In this document: positions 12,019 to 31,020 of the stretch, piece after piece
Layout of the letters: every line of letters begins with the position of its first letter
How positions within the stretch are numbered: position 1 is the stretch's first letter
Assembly: GCF_009914755.1 (NCBI RefSeq)
Contig: NC_060938.1
Length of the DNA stretch: 64,000 nucleotides
Strand: one strand, 5' to 3'
Source: the human T2T-CHM13v2.0 reference genome, Homo sapiens
The notes under the pieces: model-generated
The model's input: the letters and a program-made list of their open reading frames with translations, nothing else
Database searches by the model: none
What the model was told of the DNA's origin: nothing
Program-made: the position numbers and the translations under genes

Positions 12019-13170
12019 CAGGCATACCTCATTTTATTACACTTTGCTTTTTTGTGTTTTACAGATACTGCACTTTTTACAAATTGAATGTTTGTGGCAA
12101 GCCTGCATCGAGAAAGTCCATTGATGCCATTTTTTTCAAACAGTATGTGCTCATTTCATTTCTTTGTGTCACATTTTGGTAATTCTTGCAATATTTCAAA
12201 CTTTTTCATTATTATGCTATCTGCTGTGGTGCTCTATGATCAGTGATCTTTAATGTTACTGCTGTAAATATTTTGCAGCATCATACCCTATATATAACAA
12301 ATTTAATAGATAAATGTTGTATGTGTTCTGACTAATCCACCAGCCAGCTGTTCCCCCATCTCTCTCTCTCTCTCTCCTCAGGCCTTTCTATTGCTTGAGA
12401 CACAACAATATTGAAATTAGGCAAATTGATAGCCCTACAATGGCCTCTAAGTGTTCACGTGAAAAGAAGAATCACAGACCTCTCATTTGAAATTCATGTT
12501 GTTTTCATGCCTGCTAACACAACATCCATTCTGCAGCGCATGGATCAAGGGTTAATTTTGATTTTCAATGTTATTATTTAAATATATTTCATAATGCTAT
12601 GGCTGCCATAGATAGTGATTCCATTAATGGATCTGAAATTGAAGGTAAATTTAAACCCTCTGTAAAGGATTTACCACTTTAGATGCCATTAAGAATATTT
12701 ATGAATAATGGTAATAAGTCTAAATATCAACATTAACAGGAGTCTGGAAGAAGCTGATTCCAACCCTCATAGATCACTTTGAGGGCTTCAAGATTTCAGT
12801 GGAGAGAGTAACTGCAGATGTGGTAGAAATAGCAAGAAAATTTAAATTTTATGTAGAGCCTGAAGACATGACTGAATTGCTGCAATCTAATGGTAAAACT
12901 TTAATGGATGAAGGGCTGCTTCTTATGGATAAGCAAAGAAAGTAGTTTCTTGAGATGGAATCTACTCCTAGTGAGGTGCTGTGAACATTGTTACAATAAC
13001 AAAGGATTTAGACTATTCCACAAACTTCACTGATAAAGCAATGGTACGGTTTGAGAGGATTGACTCTGATTTTGAAAAAAAGTTATGACACTATAAAATA
13101 GTATTGCATGCTACAGAGAAACATTTCATAAAAGGGTCAATTGGTGGGGCAATCTCCATTGGGTTGTTTA
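12019..13170 (+). mobile_element. Tigger1 DNA transposon, internally deleted, 3' end missing
   Basis: TA followed by the terminus caggcatacctcattttatt; transposase remnant tcatgcctgctaacacaacatccattctgcagc...atggatcaagg; internal jump near 12490. Confidence 0.9.
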
Positions 13171-13484
13171 TCAACATCTTTGTGATCACAAAGAGAGAGC
13201 CTGGTGTTTCTCTCAATTATATCTGACAAATATTGCAGGTGTGTTTTGTAATCAAGTTTCTGAAATTTCATGTAATATCTTCAAAGTCTATTTTGGGTCA
13301 ATTCACAACAAGAAATAAATGTCAAAGCCAACATTGCACTAATTGGGTTAATATAAGATTACATGTATTGGATTAGTTTTGCTTCTTTAACTTAAATAAG
13401 ACTTTTCCAAATTTCCTTAAACTGAATTGTCCATTTCAATGAAATTGAATTCTCAATTTCCAGTCCTTATATCTTTATGTTTTC

Positions 13485-13659
13485 CTCTCTTGTCTGTCTT
13501 TTTCATACAAGCCATTTTGACAGGGGTGAGATGATACCTCACTGTGGTTTTGATTGGCATTTCTCTGATTAGTGATGTTGAGCATTTTCTCATATCACTG
13601 TTTACCATTTCTATGCCATCTTTTAAGCAATGTCTATTCAGATATTTTGCCCATTTTTT
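13485..13659 (-). mobile_element. L1MA-like host element, distal ORF2 piece
   Basis: Encodes REMPIKTTVRYHLTPVKMA; the element continues at 19886. Confidence 0.75.
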
Positions 13660-13990
13660 GTATAAATTTATGCGGTACAAGTATAATTTTGTTACATAGA
13701 TATATTGCATGTGGTGGAGTCAGAGATTTTAGTGTTACAATTACCTGAATAATATAAATTGTACCCATTAGGTAATTTCTTATCATCCCCCACTTCCATC
13801 TCCCACACACTTCTGAGTCTCCATTGTTACATCATTCAACACTCTGCATCCATGTGGATGCTTTATTTAGCTCCCACTTATAAGTGAGAAGATGCATTGC
13901 CTTTCTGTTTCTGAGTTGTTTCTGTTAAAATAATGGCCTCCAGTTCCATTCATGTTGCAGCAAAAGACATGATTTTACTTTTTTAAATTT
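13660..13990 (-). mobile_element. L1PB-like 3' end (first part)
   Basis: tacaagtataattttgttacatagatatattgcat...tgtacccattaggtaattt resembles an L1PB 3' UTR; continues at 19720. Confidence 0.7.
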
Positions 13991-14004
13991 TCTACCAGGT
14001 TAAG

Positions 14005-19716
<5,712 letters not shown>

Positions 19717-19719
19717 TAG

Positions 19720-19885
19720 CAATTTTATCATTTTTTATGGCTGAAAAGCATTCTAACATGTATATACACTACATTGGCTTTATCCAGTCATCCAATGACG
19801 GACACTTAAGCTGATTCCTTATCTTTGCTACTGTGAATATTGCTGCGGTAAACATACTAGTATAGGTATCTTTTTGGAACAATGA
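19720..19885 (-). mobile_element. L1PB-like 3' fragment (second part)
   Basis: ttttttatggctgaaaagcattc continues the sequence interrupted at about 13985. Confidence 0.65.
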
Positions 19886-22800
19886 TTGCCCGTTCTTTAA
19901 TTTGATAATTTGGGTTTGTTTTTTTTTCTAGTGAGTTGTTTGAGTTCCTTGTATATTCTGGTTATCAATCTCTTGTCACATGATTAGTTTGCAAATGATT
20001 TCTCCAATGCTATGGTTGTCTTTTCACTTTGCTGGCTGTTTCCTTTGCTGTGCAGAAGATTTTTAGCTTGATGCGATCCCATTTGTCTGTTTTTGCTTTG
20101 GTTGCCTGTGCTTGCCCAGACCAATGTCCTGGAGTATTTTTACTAGTTTCATAGTGTTATATCTTAGATTTAAGTCTTTAATCCATTTTAATTTGATTCT
20201 TGTGTATGGTGAGAGATAGGAGTCTACTTTCATTCTTTTGCATATAGTGATCCAGTTTTCCCAACACCATTCATTGAAAAGACTATCTTTTCCCCCATTG
20301 TGTGTTCCTGTTGTCTTTCTCAAAAATGATTTGATTGTATGTAAATTCTTGGATTTATATCAAGGTTCTCTATTCTGTTTTACTGGCCTATGTGTCTGTT
20401 TTTATGCCAGTACTGTGTTATTTGGTTACTATACTTTGTGGTAAATTTTGAAGTCAGGTAGTATGATGCCTCCTGTTTTGTTCTTTTTGCTCAGGACTGC
20501 TTTAGCTATTCAGGGTCTTTTGTGGTTTCGTACAAATTTTAGAATTTTTTTTTCTATTTCTGTAAAGAATATCATTGGTATTTTGTTAGGGATAACATTG
20601 AATCTATAAATTGCTGAGTAGAATTGTAATTTTAATAATGTTAATTATTCCACTCCATGAGCATGGAATATCTTTCCATTTTTTGTATTATCTTCTATTT
20701 CTTTTATTAAAGTTGTATAGTTTTCCTTGTCTAGATCTTACACTTCATTGTCTAGATTGACTCCAAGGTATTTTATATTTGTGCAGCTACTGTAAATGGG
20801 ATTGCTTTCTTGATTTCTTTTTCAGATTGTCCATTACTGGCATATAAAAATGTGGCTGATTTTTATATATTTATTTTGTTTCTGCAACTTTACTGAATTT
20901 ATCAGTTTAAACAGTTTTTTGGTGGAGTCTTTAGGTTTTTTTATGTATAAGATCATGTTATCTGTGAACAAGGCTAATTTGACTTCTTCCTTTCCAATGT
21001 GGATGCTTTCTGCTTCTTTTTCTTGCCTAATTGATCTTTCTAGGACACCCAGTTTTATGTTGAATAATGGTGGCAAAAGTGGGCATGCTTGTCTTGTTCC
21101 AGTTTTTCCCCATTCAACACAATGCTAGATGTGGGTTTGTCATATGTGGTCTTTATTATTTTAAGGTATGTCCTTTCTATATCCACTTTGATGAGGGTTT
21201 TTATCATAAAGAAATGTTAAATTTTATCAAGTGCTTTTTTGGCATCTATTGAAAGGATCATGTACTTTTTGTTCCTGATTCAGTTAAGGTGATATACCAC
21301 GTTCATTGATTTACATATGTTGAACCATCCTTACATCCCTGGGATGAATTCCACTTGATCATGCTGAATGATCTTTTTAATGTGTTGTTGCATTCAGTTT
21401 GCTAGTATTTTGTTGAGGATTTTTGCATCTTGTTCATCAGTGATATTGGCCTGTAGTTTTCTTTTTTGCTGTGTCCTTCTCTGGTTTTGGAATTAGATTA
21501 ACGCTGGCCTTGTAAAATGACCTTGGAAGTCCTCCCTCCTCTTCTATTTTCTGGAATAGTTTAAAGAGAATTGATATTAATTCTTGTTTAAAGGTTTGGT
21601 AAAATGCAACAGTGAAGCCCTCAGGTCCTGGGCTTTTATTTGATGAGAGACTTTTTATTACAGCTTCACTATCATTACTTGTTACTGGTTTGTTGAGGTT
21701 CTATATTTCTTCATGGTTCAATCTTGGCAGGTTTTATGTGTCCAGTAATTTATCTGTTTTTTCAGGTCTTCAAATTGGTTGGCATATAGTTTTTCATAAC
21801 AGTCTCTAAGAATTATTTGTATTGCTGATGTTTTGGATGTCGGGTCTCCTTTCTTGCTTCTGATTTTATTTATTTCAATCATCTCCTTTTTTTAAGTCTA
21901 GCCAAAGGTTTGTTGATTTTATTTTTCAAAAAACCCTTTTTGGTTTTGCTGATCTGTATTGTTTTTTAGTCTCCATTTTATTTATTTCTGTGCTGATATT
22001 TATTATTTCTTTCCTTGTACTAATTTTGGGTTTTGTTTGTTCTTGCCTTTCTAATTCCTTGCAGTGCATCATTAGGTTGTTTATTTGAAGGCTTTCTACT
22101 TTTATCATACAGGCATTATTGCTATAAACTTCCTTCTTAGTACTGCTTTGCCATATCCCATAGATGCTGATTTGTTGTATTTTCATTTACATTTGTTTCA
22201 AGAAATTTTAAATTTCTTAATTTCTTCATTGATTCATTGGTTGTTCCGGAACATGTTGTTTAATTTCCACGTGTTTGTGTATTTTCAAAGGTTCCTCTTG
22301 TTACTGATGTCTAATTTGATTCCACTGTGGCCAGAAAAGGTACTTTATATGGTTTTTATCTTTTTAAATTGATTCAGACTTGCTTTGTAGCCTGGTCTAT
22401 TCTAAAGAATGTTCCATATGCTGATGAAAAGAATGTGTATTCTGCAGCAGTTAGGTTAAAAGTTCTTTAAATATCAGTTAGGCCTATTAAATCTAGTATA
22501 TTGTTTAACTCTGTTTCTTTGTTGCTTTTCTGTCTGGATGATCGGTCTGTTACTGAAAGTGGAGTATTAATGTCCTCTACTATTTTTGTATTGCAGTCTG
22601 TCTCTCCCTTTAGATCTATTAACGTTTGCTTTATACACTTGGGATCTCCAGTGTTAAATGCATAGATATTTAGGATTTGTATACTGTCTTGCTGAATTGA
22701 CCTCTTTATAGTGACTTTCTTTGTCATTGTTACAGTCTTAGATTTGTAAACTATTTTATCTGATATGAGTAGCTACCCTTGTTCATTTTTGGTTTCCAGT

Positions 22801-25215
22801 TACATGGAATATCTTTTCCACCACTTCACTTTCAGTTTATGTGTATCTCTATAGGTAAAGTGGTTTTCTTGAAGTCAGCACTTAGGTGGGTCTTGTTTCT
22901 TAATCCATGCAGCCACTCTACCCCTTTTAATTAAAGAATTGTAACAATTTACATTCAGTGTTATTACTGATAAGACTTACTATTGCCATTTTTTGGCTTG
23001 TTTTCTGATTTTAAGATTCCTCTCTTCCTTTTCTCCTTCCTTTCTTTCTGTCTTCCTTTGTGGTTAAGTGGTTGTATCTGGTAGTATGTTTTAATTTTCT
23101 TTATTTTTAGTGAATCTAGTGTAGGTTTTTCACTGTAGTTACCATGAGGCTTACAAAGAACATCTTATTTACATAACAAGTTATTTTAAGGAGGCGACAA
23201 CTTATCTTACATCACAAGCAAAATAATAGAAACAAAAGTAAAAAAACCCACACAAAAAAATTCTACACTTTAACTCTACCTTCTCCCCAACCACACTGTG
23301 ACTTTTAGTTGTCTCAATGTACACATTTTTATATTATCTATCTCTTAGCAGGTTGCTATAGCATTATTGTTCTTTGTCTATTTGTCTTTTGGGCTTCATG
23401 CTAGATTTATGGGTGGATTTCACACTACAAATACAGTAATAGAGTACTCTAGATTTTCCCATTTACTTAATTTAACCAACGCATTTTATACCTTAAAGTT
23501 TTCTTTTACACATTAGTGCTTTTTTCTTTCAGACTGATGAACTCCCTTTAGCGTTTCTTGCAAGACAAGTCTGGTGTTGGTGAATTCTCTCAGTTTTTGT
23601 TTGTCTGAGAAAAAAATATATATGTCTCTCCTTCGTAGTTAAATGTTAATTTTGCTGGTTGCAGTATTCTTTGATGACAGTTTTTTTTTTCCTTTGGGCA
23701 CAGTGAAAATGTCATTCTAGTCCCTCCTGCCTATATGGTTTGAGGAGTCTGTTGCCAGATGAATTTGGAACTTCTTCCTATGTTGTTTCTTTTCTCTTGC
23801 TGCTCTTGACATCTGTTTGTCTTTGACCTTTGAGAGTTTAATTATTATATGCTTTATGATAAGTAGCCATATTTGGGTTGAATCTGTCTGGTGCCCTAAG
23901 ACCTTTCTGTATGTAGTATTTCTTTCTTTCTCAAGTTTTGGAAAGTTTTCTGTTCTTATTTACTTGAATAAACTTTCTACACCCTTCTTGCTCAGCCCCC
24001 TCTTGAACACCAATAATTCTTAGATTTGGTCTTTTGAAATAATTTTCTATGTCTTGTAGGTGGCCTTCAGTCCTTTTATTCATTTTCTTTTTCCTCCTCT
24101 GTGTATTTTCAAATAGCTGGCCTTCAAGCTCACTGATTTTTTTCATTGGTTGGTTCATTCTGCTGTTGAGAGCCTCTAAAGAGTGCTTCAATTCAGCAAA
24201 TGTATTCACTTCAGCAATGTCCTATTATTTTAATCTTTTTGTTAAATTTCTCTGCTAGATTTCTGAATTTCTTTTCTGTGTTACCTTGGAGCTCATTGAG
24301 TTTTCTTAATATTGGTATTTCAAATTCTTGGTCAGAGAGCTCACATATCACCATCTTGTTAGAATCAGTCATTTAATTTTTACTTTGTCCTCATGGGGAG
24401 GTAATGGTTTTCTGTTTGCTGTTGTTTCTTGAGGGCATATGTCTATGTCTTTCTATTGAATAATTAATTATTTATTCTAGTTTACTCTGTCTGGCTTGTT
24501 TGGGCTTTTACTGAATATGTTTGCTTAGCAAATCTTGTAGGTCACTGCCTCCTTGTTGATGCTGAGTGACATCTTAGACCCAGGTTCACTTCAGCTATAA
24601 TAAATGGTCAGAGTGCTGCCTGTCCCAAGTGGGGGATGTTCCAAAGGGATTATCCCAGCAGTGTGGGAAGAGTGACTAGGGGTTTTTGTCCAGTGGATCC
24701 AAAGAACATACCTTCTACAGTGTGCTGCTGCTGAACAGTCATTCTGATTTGGCATCTCCTTTGGCCAAGTTACACAGCAGAGTTTCTAGGATTAGGAAAT
24801 GGTAGTACCAGCTCCCCTCATTGTCTCTGCCTGTCCTCAAAGATATTTCTGTATTCAGGCAGTCATGATGCTTCCTATGAGAACTCAAGAAGGTGGAGAA
24901 GCTGGTCAAGAACCTCAATTTCACTTCTTCCACTGTATAAATCATGAGTTGTGGGGAGATTTTTTATATGCTTGGTGCCGGGCAGAATGGGGGTGGAGGG
25001 GCATTATGGATGTGGAAGATCAATTCTCCTACCATCTACTCAGAGTTTTTCCACTTTTCTGAAGCCCCAGCAACTGTCTCTCATCTTTACACTTGAGCTC
25101 TGCGTTGTTGGTGGTGAAAATCTTAGTGTTCCATGTTTGTTTTTGGTTTTCTGTATGGAGGAGAGGGAGGGGAAGCCAGCTTGCCTCTACACTGCCATTT
25201 TGGAACTGGAAGTCA
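19886..25215 (-). mobile_element. Old L1MA/L1M-like element: ORF2, ORF1 and 5' end
   Basis: ORF2 remnants ([22 protein letters not shown]), ORF1 remnant (KRPNLRIIGVQEG) and a YY1-like 5' terminus gccattttggaactggaagtc near 25195-25215. Confidence 0.8.
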
Positions 25216-25530
25216 GAACTTGATCTTTCTTAATCATGTACCAAACTGTCATAGTAAACTGCCTTTTGCTACTAGTATTAGCTTGTTCATAAAAATATCA
25301 TGCATAGATAATTTTAAAAATTACCTAAGATTTCAAGTAGAATAATGAGATTTCATGGAGCAGTTTCTCATTCCATTCTTAAGACATACATATGTTTCTT
25401 TTGCTCGAATCATCTACATGACCCCACTAATCATTACACAAACTCTCTTTCAATTTAGGACTTGGCATTTTATCTTTTGTTCTAGAAATCCCAGATGATT
25501 CAGCTCTTTCTCCCTCACTTGGTTCACATC

Positions 25531-26204
25531 TGTTATGGATTGAATTGTATTTCCCCAAAAGATACGTTGAAGTCCTACTGCCAGTACCTGTGAATATGAC
25601 CTTCTTTGGAAATAGGGTCTTTACAGATGTAATTAGGTTAAAATGGTATCCTTATAAGAAGAAAAATATTGGGGCTGGGTGCAGTGGCTCACACCTGTAA
25701 TCTCAGCACTTTGGGAGGCTGAAGCAGGTGGATCACTTCAGGTCAGGAGTTTGAGACCAGCCTGGACAACATGGCAAAATCCTGTCTCTACTAAAAATAT
25801 AAAAATTAGTCAGGCATGGTATTGTGTGCCTATCATTCCAGCTACTCAGGAGACTGAGAAACAAGAATTGCTTGAACCTGGGAGGTGGAGTTTGCAGTGA
25901 GCCAAGACTGTGCAACTGCTCTCCAGCTTGGCTGATGGAGTATGTCTCCTTAAAAAAAAGAGAGAGAGAGAAAGAAAAATTTGGGCACAGACACAGAAGG
26001 AAGATGGGCATGTAAAGATTGAGAGATTAGAGTTATGCTGCCACACAGTAAGGAATATCTGGGACTACAAGAGGCTTCAGAGGGACCATGGTCCTGCTGC
26101 CACCTTAATTTGGGATTTCTAGCCTCCAGACTTTGAGGGAATAAATTTGTTATCATAACTCAATTTGTGGTACTTTCTTGTTGCAGCCCTAGGAAACTAT
26201 TACA
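25531..26204 (+). mobile_element. MLT1B/C solo LTR interrupted by an Alu
   Basis: Runs tgttatggattgaattgt...ccctaggaaactattaca; perfect 5-bp TSD acatc at 25526-25530 and 26205-26209. Confidence 0.85.
25673..25970 (+). mobile_element. AluS (Sz/Sx-like)
   Basis: Alu dimer with an A/GA tail; approximate TSD aagaaaaat(a)ttgg. Confidence 0.9.
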
Positions 26205-27029
26205 ACATCATTTTGTAGCCCCATGTTTCTGACTCTTGCCTGACACACTATACTTCTGACTCTCACTCTCTGGTGTTTGTTTCTTTATTTTTTATTCAGG
26301 CTTGTCATTACCATGTTTGACCCATTTCTATAATCATAAAACCACAGAGATTTGCTGAAAGGCCTCCTCCTGATGATTTAATTTTATCAAAACAAGTTTG
26401 CTGAGTAGCATTTAATTTTACTTATAATTCTAATGACTTTGAAAGCTATGATTTAGTGATGGCAGAGATGCTACGAATTAATATAGGGCAAATATCTAAA
26501 CTGTGACCTATATTGCCTTGTTTTTAACCGAATAGAACAAGTAGGATGAAGCCTGAAAAAATGCCCATTTGCTATAACAATGAAGAGGTTATTGGTAATT
26601 TTATTAATAGTAAGAGCAACTTCAGTAGAAGGGTGAGGACAGAAGTCATAAAATTTTAAAATCTCTGTACATTAAAAATAAAATGCAATATGAGAAACTA
26701 AGAAAAATAAGTGTGAAATTTCACATATTTAGCCTTAATATCCAAAATCAATATAAAAATAACACAATAGAAAAATTAACAAAAGGCATAAATAGAAAAC
26801 TTGAAGAAGAAAAATAAGACCAATAAATACATGAAAGAGATCAAATTCACTTCTGAAATAAAAATTAAAATAATTCCAATGTAAAAGTAGCAAAGATTTA
26901 TTTTAAAGATACCCAAAAAATAAAGTGCTAGTAAACGGATAATCTCCCACATTTCTGGCTAGAGTTTGACTCGATATAATCTTTATTCTGGATAATTTGA
27001 AAATACATATCAAATTTCTAAATTCTGTA

Positions 27030-27550
27030 GATTTAATGTACAAGGTAAGTATAGTTAATAACGTATTATATACTTGAAATTGCTAAGGGAGTAGATTTTA
27101 AATGCATTTACCACAAAAAAATAGTAACTATATGAGGTGATGAATATGTTGATTGTGATAATCACTTCACAATACATATATCAAAACATTACATTGGGCT
27201 GGACACAATGGCTCATACCTGTAATCCCAGCACTTTGGGTAACTGAGGCAAGTGGATGGCTTGAGCTCAGGAGTTTGAGACCAGCCTGGGCAACATGTTG
27301 AAACCCTGGCTCTACAAAAAAATTTAAAAATAAGGCAGGCATGGTGGCTCATGCCTGTAGTCTCAGCTACATGGGAGGCTGAGATGGGAGGATCGCTTGA
27401 GCTCAGGAGGCAGAGATGACAGGAGTCAAGATTGCGCCACTGCACACCAGCCTGGGTGACAGAGGGAGACCCTGTCTCAAAAACAAAACCCAAAAAACAA
27501 AAAACACATCACATTGTGCAACTTACATGTATACAATTTTTATGTGTAGA
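27030..27550 (+). mobile_element. L1MA/MB 3' end fragment interrupted by AluJ
   Basis: tatacttgaaattgctaagggagtagattttaaatg...gtaactatatgaggtgatg is an L1M 3' UTR motif. Confidence 0.7.
27197..27503 (+). mobile_element. AluJ
   Basis: gcttgagctcaggag in both arms; TSD acat(t/c)acattg. Confidence 0.9.
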
Positions 27551-27624
27551 ATATATAAAGTTTCTAAAATATGCACACAACTTACCAACAATTCTACTTT
27601 CAAGAAACTTGAATTTTTGAAATA

Positions 27625-28085
27625 ATTATTTCCTGAAGAAATATTTTTGAGCACCTATATATTCCAATGACTGCTGCTAGGTATTAGGGAAACAAAAAAA
27701 CTAGACATTGCTTCTTGCCTTCATGTACCTTACAGTTTAGTGGGAGAAACTGAATATATAAACAAGTTTAAAATCAAGTTTAAAAAGTATATTAAGTAGT
27801 GAAGAGAGCATATACTTTACCTAGGTTAATAGAAGCTGAAGGGGTTTGTAAGAGAGAGCTTCTATTAGAGAAAGCAAAAAAGAGTCACATTAGGAGGCAA
27901 ATGCCATGTTCTAGAAACTGTAAGAAAACTGCTGTGGCTGGAGGGAAGGCCAAGTAAGGAAAGCATGCATGAGATATGCTTGAACAAGTAGACAGGAGCC
28001 TGATGATGCAGCGACTTACAGATTCTACCAAGAATTGTTATTTTGTTTTAAATGCCACATAAAAACATTGAAGAGTTTTAAGTTT
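27625..28085 (-). mobile_element. L2 fragment
   Basis: atatttttgagcacctat...cttacagtttagtgggaga resembles an L2 3' region. Confidence 0.55.
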
Positions 28086-28431
28086 CCTCTGTCCTCTGTG
28101 TTTATAATGATTGTAGGAACAAGGAGGAAGTGTATTAATGCCTATGCTGCAAAACAAATGACCACAAATAGCCCATCTTAAAACAATCCAATTTTATTCT
28201 GTTTCTGTGGGTCAAGGATCATGGTACTGGTGAAATGAGTCCTCTGATCTGGATCTCGCCAGGCTGGAATCAATGTCAGCTGCACCTTCAGTTAAAGCAG
28301 AGATGGATGTAGCAGGCCATCAGTATATTGACAATGTCTGAAATCTTTTGTGAGGGTTAGGGAAATGCCCAAAGTAAAAGGATTGAATTGGATGGGATCA
28401 ATGAAAGATTAGAAAAGGAATCAAATGAGTA

Positions 28432-28995
28432 TGAGAGTTGACCAAGATGGCCTATGTCGCCCTCAGCTTGACTAAATTTCAGATAGGCTTCTTCTCTGGG
28501 ACCTGTTTTCTTAGAGCATTTATTTAAAAAATAAACTCGCAATTGTAAATTCTTTCCCTGCTCCTCTAAGATATAAATCTTTCTTTCTAAAAGCAAATCT
28601 TTCTAAAAGCGTCCTGCCAGTTTTACAATCCAGGACTGCTTTCTCAAGGACCTGGGAGCCATCCTTTTGAAATGCAGTCACCTAAGAAGATAGTGCCCCT
28701 ATCTTCCATTCTCTGTGGGATGATAGAAGACTACATTCAGCTCCAAACTGTAAAACTACCTTCTGTCATGAATACATGAGAAAATTTACTTTTCCTTTCG
28801 GTAAGGCCAATTAGCAAGCACAGATGACCTAAGCTTTGCCCCACCCCAGGTCTTTGTCTCTCAAAAATCCTCCCGTCATTTGTTTTAGTGAAGTTGAGTT
28901 CAGACAATGTGTTCATCTCTCTTTTATTACAATAGCATTGAACAAAGTCTTCCTTGCTGGTTTAGCTTGCTTCGATGCAATTTTTTGCTTTGACA
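28432..28995 (+). mobile_element. ERV1-class solo LTR (MER67/MER31 group, subfamily unresolved)
   Basis: TG...CA termini; the 3' segment caatagcattgaacaaagtcttcctt is shared with the LTR at 52715. Confidence 0.6.
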
Positions 28996-29230
28996 GAACA
29001 AAAGAATAGATTTTTTTTCAGGCAAAGTTTAGCATGTGTAGTAGCCAAAGGAACAAAGACATGAAGCATCCTGAGATAGTGTAGTCTCAATGTTACCAAA
29101 TATCTCAGACTAAAAAGTGTTTTACTGTTAGTGTAGGCTGCAATGTCTTATTCTGGTAACCCTTGTTTAATCACAGGCTACAGAACAATTTTTGTCCCAC
29201 CCTTCTTTCTATTATTGTTTATGGCAAAAG

Positions 29231-29277
<47 letters not shown>

Positions 29278-29360
29278 TGTATATATATGTGTATATGTGT
29301 GTATATATATGTATATATATGTATATATATGTGTATATATACGTATATATATACATATAT
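29231..29360. repeat. (TA)n(TG)n/(TATG)n compound microsatellite
   Basis: Seen directly in the sequence. Confidence 0.95.
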
Positions 29361-29729
29361 GGCAGAGTTTTTTTAGATATTGTTTTGGTCTTTTTTTTTT
29401 ACTAAAAGAAACATCTAGAAAATGCAAATAAGTCTGGGATAGAAGGATATTGGTTTTTTTGTGTGTGGATGATTTTACAATTCCTCACTTTACCTCTATA
29501 ACAAGATGCCAGGGGTGTCTGTATGTGTGTGTGTTTATTAATTCAATAAAGTTAGTTCCAGAATACATCAGTAAGTTAGTACATATTCAGAATAATTTCA
29601 AAAAAGTATACAATTCAAATCAATATTCATATGATTATTCACAAACATTCAGAAATATTTGAGTGCCTCTGAATCTTCAAGTTTTAAATTAAATATTATT
29701 CTGTCTTCTATTTATTATTATAGATCTTC

Positions 29730-30168
29730 TCTTCACTCTTTTCCCTACATTTTACCCCAGGAGTATGGGCCAAATGGACCTCAACAATGAGTGGCAGTGC
29801 TCTCTGACTTTGATTGGATTCAGCAAATGAGGTGCACTTAGCAGAGATCTGATGGAGGCAGAATAGTGAAGTTCTCCCAGCTCCTTTACTGAAGAGTTGC
29901 TTCGAGCTGGCTGAGTCTCTCAGACAAACATCACAGCTTTTATAAGATCCCTCTCACTTAGCTTTCTCCATACAGCATTCCCACTTTTTCTTGCCTCCAA
30001 ACCAATATTCTCCTTCCCCTTTCAGCCTAGGGATAATGATGTTACTAGCCTCAAGGTAACCTTTGTGATTTCCCTATACTCTGCTCAGACATCTATAACT
30101 AGTTCTCATTAAACTCTTCTTAAATTACATAAATAGAGCATTTTCCTGCAAAGCCAGTGAATGATGCA
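29730..30168 (+). mobile_element. LTR33-like ancient ERVL LTR
   Basis: ttcagcctaggg...cattaaactcttc...tttcctgc resembles the recalled LTR33 3' half. Confidence 0.5.
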
Positions 30169-30667
30169 CTTATCATATTTAGGGATCTGAGGATGTTATT
30201 ATGTCATAAACTTTGAAGTCACTGGTATATGATTTAAATTATAACTCCCAGATAAGAATGCACAGTTACCAGTACTCTTTGTCTAAGTGTTTTAGATTAA
30301 TAGTATTTATTTCAGATTAAATCAGAATTTAGCTAGAGAAATAAAGGAGGTGAAAAGGAAGTTTATGTCAGTTCTTTTTAATGCACCATATGGGAAAATC
30401 AAATTGAGTATTAGTTCTATTACATCAATGTAATAGATGTAGCCTTTTATTACGCTACATTACAGGAGTCAGACAGCGGGAGCTTAGTGACAACAGTCAA
30501 TCATCTCCCTTTCCTAACCTAACCCTGCTTCAACAATCCAGGAAGTCTCTTTTAGGATGGATATTGCTTAGCAATAGAGACAAATGTAGTACATTCATTT
30601 GGGCTATGCCATAGTTGCCACTGGGCCCTCAGGTTAGTCTTTTTTACAAAGAATATGAGTTATGTGA

Positions 30668-31020
<353 letters not shown>

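Noticed and set aside
29143-29431. Several VC/YI-rich ORFs (also 47254-47643 and 53247-53429)
   Set aside because: Translations of TA/TG/CA microsatellites.
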